Of a stretch of DNA of 64,000 bases, positions 53,749 to 64,000 are shown piece after piece; position 1 is the stretch's first letter; every line of letters begins with the position of its first letter. The DNA comes from the human T2T-CHM13v2.0 reference genome, Homo sapiens. The stretch is taken from assembly GCF_009914755.1 (NCBI RefSeq), contig NC_060933.1; one strand, given 5' to 3'. A program made the translations under genes and the position numbers. The notes beneath the pieces are model-generated. The model ran no database searches, had not been told where the DNA came from, and was given only the letters and a program-made list of their open reading frames with translations.

Positions 53749-54144
53749 GTGAGTAGCTGCTTTTTCTCAAACCGTAGAGGGGCTGCGGCTGTGGGCTTTG
53801 TGGGCTGTGGGCTGATGGGGACAGCAGTCCAGCTGCCCAGGATGGGGGCATGTGGAGGGGCCCCTGAGCGTGGGGTCCAGACAGCCTTTGTTCAGTGGCC
53901 TTTGTCCTTGCGGGACTGACGTGGTTTCAGTGGAACTGGGTTGGGGGTGGCGCTGGGGTGTTTGTTGGTGGTCCTTGCTTTGAGTTGCATCTTTAGGGAC
54001 CACCAAGGCCTGAAGGGTTGATTCCAGGCCCTGTTCACCAAAGAGAAGGGTTTGGATAAGAAAGTCCTTCTATGACCTTGAGAGGTCCTTTCCCCTCGCT
54101 GGGGCTCCGTCACCCCTTCTATAGAATGATCGATTCGATTGGAT

Positions 54145-54345
54145 CAGGGATGGCAAATGGGTTTGCTCTTGGATGCCAGCTCTAATCAATCTGTCGTAGC
54201 TGCCTGGAGGGCCGTGATAAGGATTCCGAGGCCGTACGTCATGGAGCAAATGGAAAAGCGGCAGTGAGGGATAAGTGGGGCCTGTAATGGATGAGCAGTG
54301 CCAGGGCTGGGCCTGGGGGAGGAGGGCGGTGTATTGTCCGTCTTT
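54145..54345. mobile_element. MER103C-like hAT fossil
   Basis: cagggatggcaaatgggtttgctcttggatgccagctctaatcaatc...gctgcctggag...aaggattccgaggcc. Confidence 0.6.
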
Positions 54346-54669
54346 GTGGAATGTGGAGCAGACAGGAGGCTCACCATGTAAGGTGGCTGAGCTGTAGGGG
54401 TGGCACGTAGGGACATGAGGCAATGAGCTTGGAGATTTTCCAGTCAAGTCTGGCAGGGCCGGGCACCCCCCAGGAGCCTCCAGGGCCACTCCCTACACCT
54501 CCCTGCCTCAAGTCCAAGCTGCAGATGGGGCAGGGCTATGCTGGCCCGCCTGGCTCTGCTGAGCCCTTGCTGGGAGGTGCCCCATCCTGGGATTGAGTTT
54601 CCGCCCTCACTTTCCACTTCTGCACTTCCCCAGGTGAGTGCCCTAGAAACACCCTCCTTCTAGATCTTC

Positions 54670-59560
<4,891 letters not shown>

Positions 59561-61051
59561 TGAGCCCAGGCTTTCAGGGCAACAGGCAGTGTAGGGTCCA
59601 GCCATCCGGGGTGGGAGCGGCAGTAGGAGGGAGGGACATTCAGGGAGCAGCGGGCCACAGTGGACATGGTTTTCCTCTCCCACCTGAGAAGCGCCAGGTC
59701 AGCTTCAGCCGAGGAAGTGGCTTCGACAGCCTCCTGTCTCTCTTTGTTCATCACATGTGTGGGGCTCCCCTTGTCTCTGCACACATGTTACTAGCCCTCT
59801 TGTTCCCTTGCCTCATGTCCAGCTCCTCAGCCCAGCCAGCCTGCCTCCCCCAGACAGCAGATCCTGAATCTGATCCCAGCCCCTGGCCACACGGGTCCGA
59901 GCCCCTGGTCTGCAGTGGTGCCACAGCCTCGGCCTCACTGGGCTGCTGCCTGCCTATGCTGGCTCTGCTGTTCTTGGCCCCATACAGCCTCTGCTAGAGC
60001 TTTGGAAAATGGGACAGCCCCTCTGTGACTTCCCGCTGCACTTAGAATAAAGCCCTAGCACCTTGCCTGGCCCACAGGGCTCCCTGAGGTCTCTGACCTC
60101 AACTTTTCCCCTGGGTCACCGTGCACTGGCCACACTTGCTGTCCCTCACCTGTGCCGAGCTCATCCCACCTCAGAGCCTCTGCCCCTGCTGTTCCTTTTG
60201 CTAAGGAGACTGTGGCCTCCAGTCTCGGCATGGCTTGTTCTGTCTCGATAGTCACACCTTCACCCCAGTCAGCTGCTCAGAGAGGAGGTCCCTGTCTGTC
60301 CTGTACAATCTAGGGTCATCTGGGTTTGTGCTGACATATAGCAGCTGCCATACAGGGTCTTAAGTGATTCTGTGATTTGTCCTGGGCCGCAAAGTCAGTA
60401 GAAGCAGAGCCTGGACTAGAACTCGGGCTCCAGTGCCGGTCAGGTCCCAAGTCTCCAGGAGAGCACAGGCCAGGGCACGGCAATAGGAGGCCCGGGCCAG
60501 GCCAACTGGGCATGCTCACCCTGCACCAGGCTCCGCACTGGGCATCCCACGGTGCCAGCTCCTTGGTGCCTCCCAGCTCTGAGCTGCTGGTGCCGTTGTC
60601 TGTATTTGGCAGAGGGAGGAAGCTGGAGGCTTTGAGAGGTAGAGCCGGCATTGGTGTCCACAGCCAGCTTCCGGGTCTGCAGCCAGCCCAGTATCCCCCG
60701 CTTCCCCATCCCTTGTTCTTTTATCTTAGTTCCTGCTCACTTGAGCCCAATTCACCGTCGTGGAAGATCAGGAACCACAATGAGGGCTGCTTAAGAAATG
60801 GCAGATCCCAGGCCTCTAAAGGTGACTGTGAGCTCTGTAATCACCTGGAAAGTGATGAGGGCATTATCCTGAGTGGAGACAGCAGGGTACACACCGTCAT
60901 CGGGCACCAGTCCATGATGGAAAAAATGTAGGCAGAGAAGAAAGATGGGATGGATGCAGGCTGAGGCTGGTCGTGGGTGTGTGAGGTGGGGGTGGGGGGC
61001 GGGTGTCCTCTGGTGGATTATGTGTCCTATTTTCCAACTTTTCTGCAACTA

Positions 61052-63917
<2,866 letters not shown>

Positions 63918-64000
63918 CTCCTGTTTTATATTACAGAGTTCCTGTATGCTCAATGCCACCAGTGAAAATAATCACGGATATTCACAATCATAATGATAAT

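Overview
Primate (very probably human) genomic DNA containing the 5' part of NCS1 (neuronal calcium sensor 1/frequenin homolog) on the + strand. About 24 kb of repeat-dense upstream DNA is followed by a CpG-island promoter (~24.6-26.1 kb) and coding exon 1 (25392-25455, [21 protein letters not shown], with the Gly2 myristoylation site). Next come a 28.3-kb first intron, an alternative first exon encoding MAT(I) (53368-53377), a 25-nt second exon (53724-53748) and the first 10 kb of intron 2. The remaining exons lie beyond the window. Much of the rest is Alu, MIR, L1, L2, LTR (MER41A, THE1, MLT1) and hAT fossil sequence, and nearly all ORFs in the supplied track are Alu- or GC-composition artefacts. 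I see no convincing new multi-gene system. The best leads are: (1) a ~245-bp inverted templated duplication with a triplicated junction, inserted into an L2 upstream of the promoter; (2) a candidate additional first exon with a perfect Kozak ATG and splice donor in a CpG-rich patch of intron 1, in frame only if exon 2 is skipped; (3) an AP-1/SOX/MEF2/CRE motif cluster in intron 1; (4) a 17-unit interstitial telomere-like array; (5) an Alu whose middle was replaced by ~320 bp of non-Alu DNA. Repeat family names come from recalled consensus sequences, and their boundaries are approximate.
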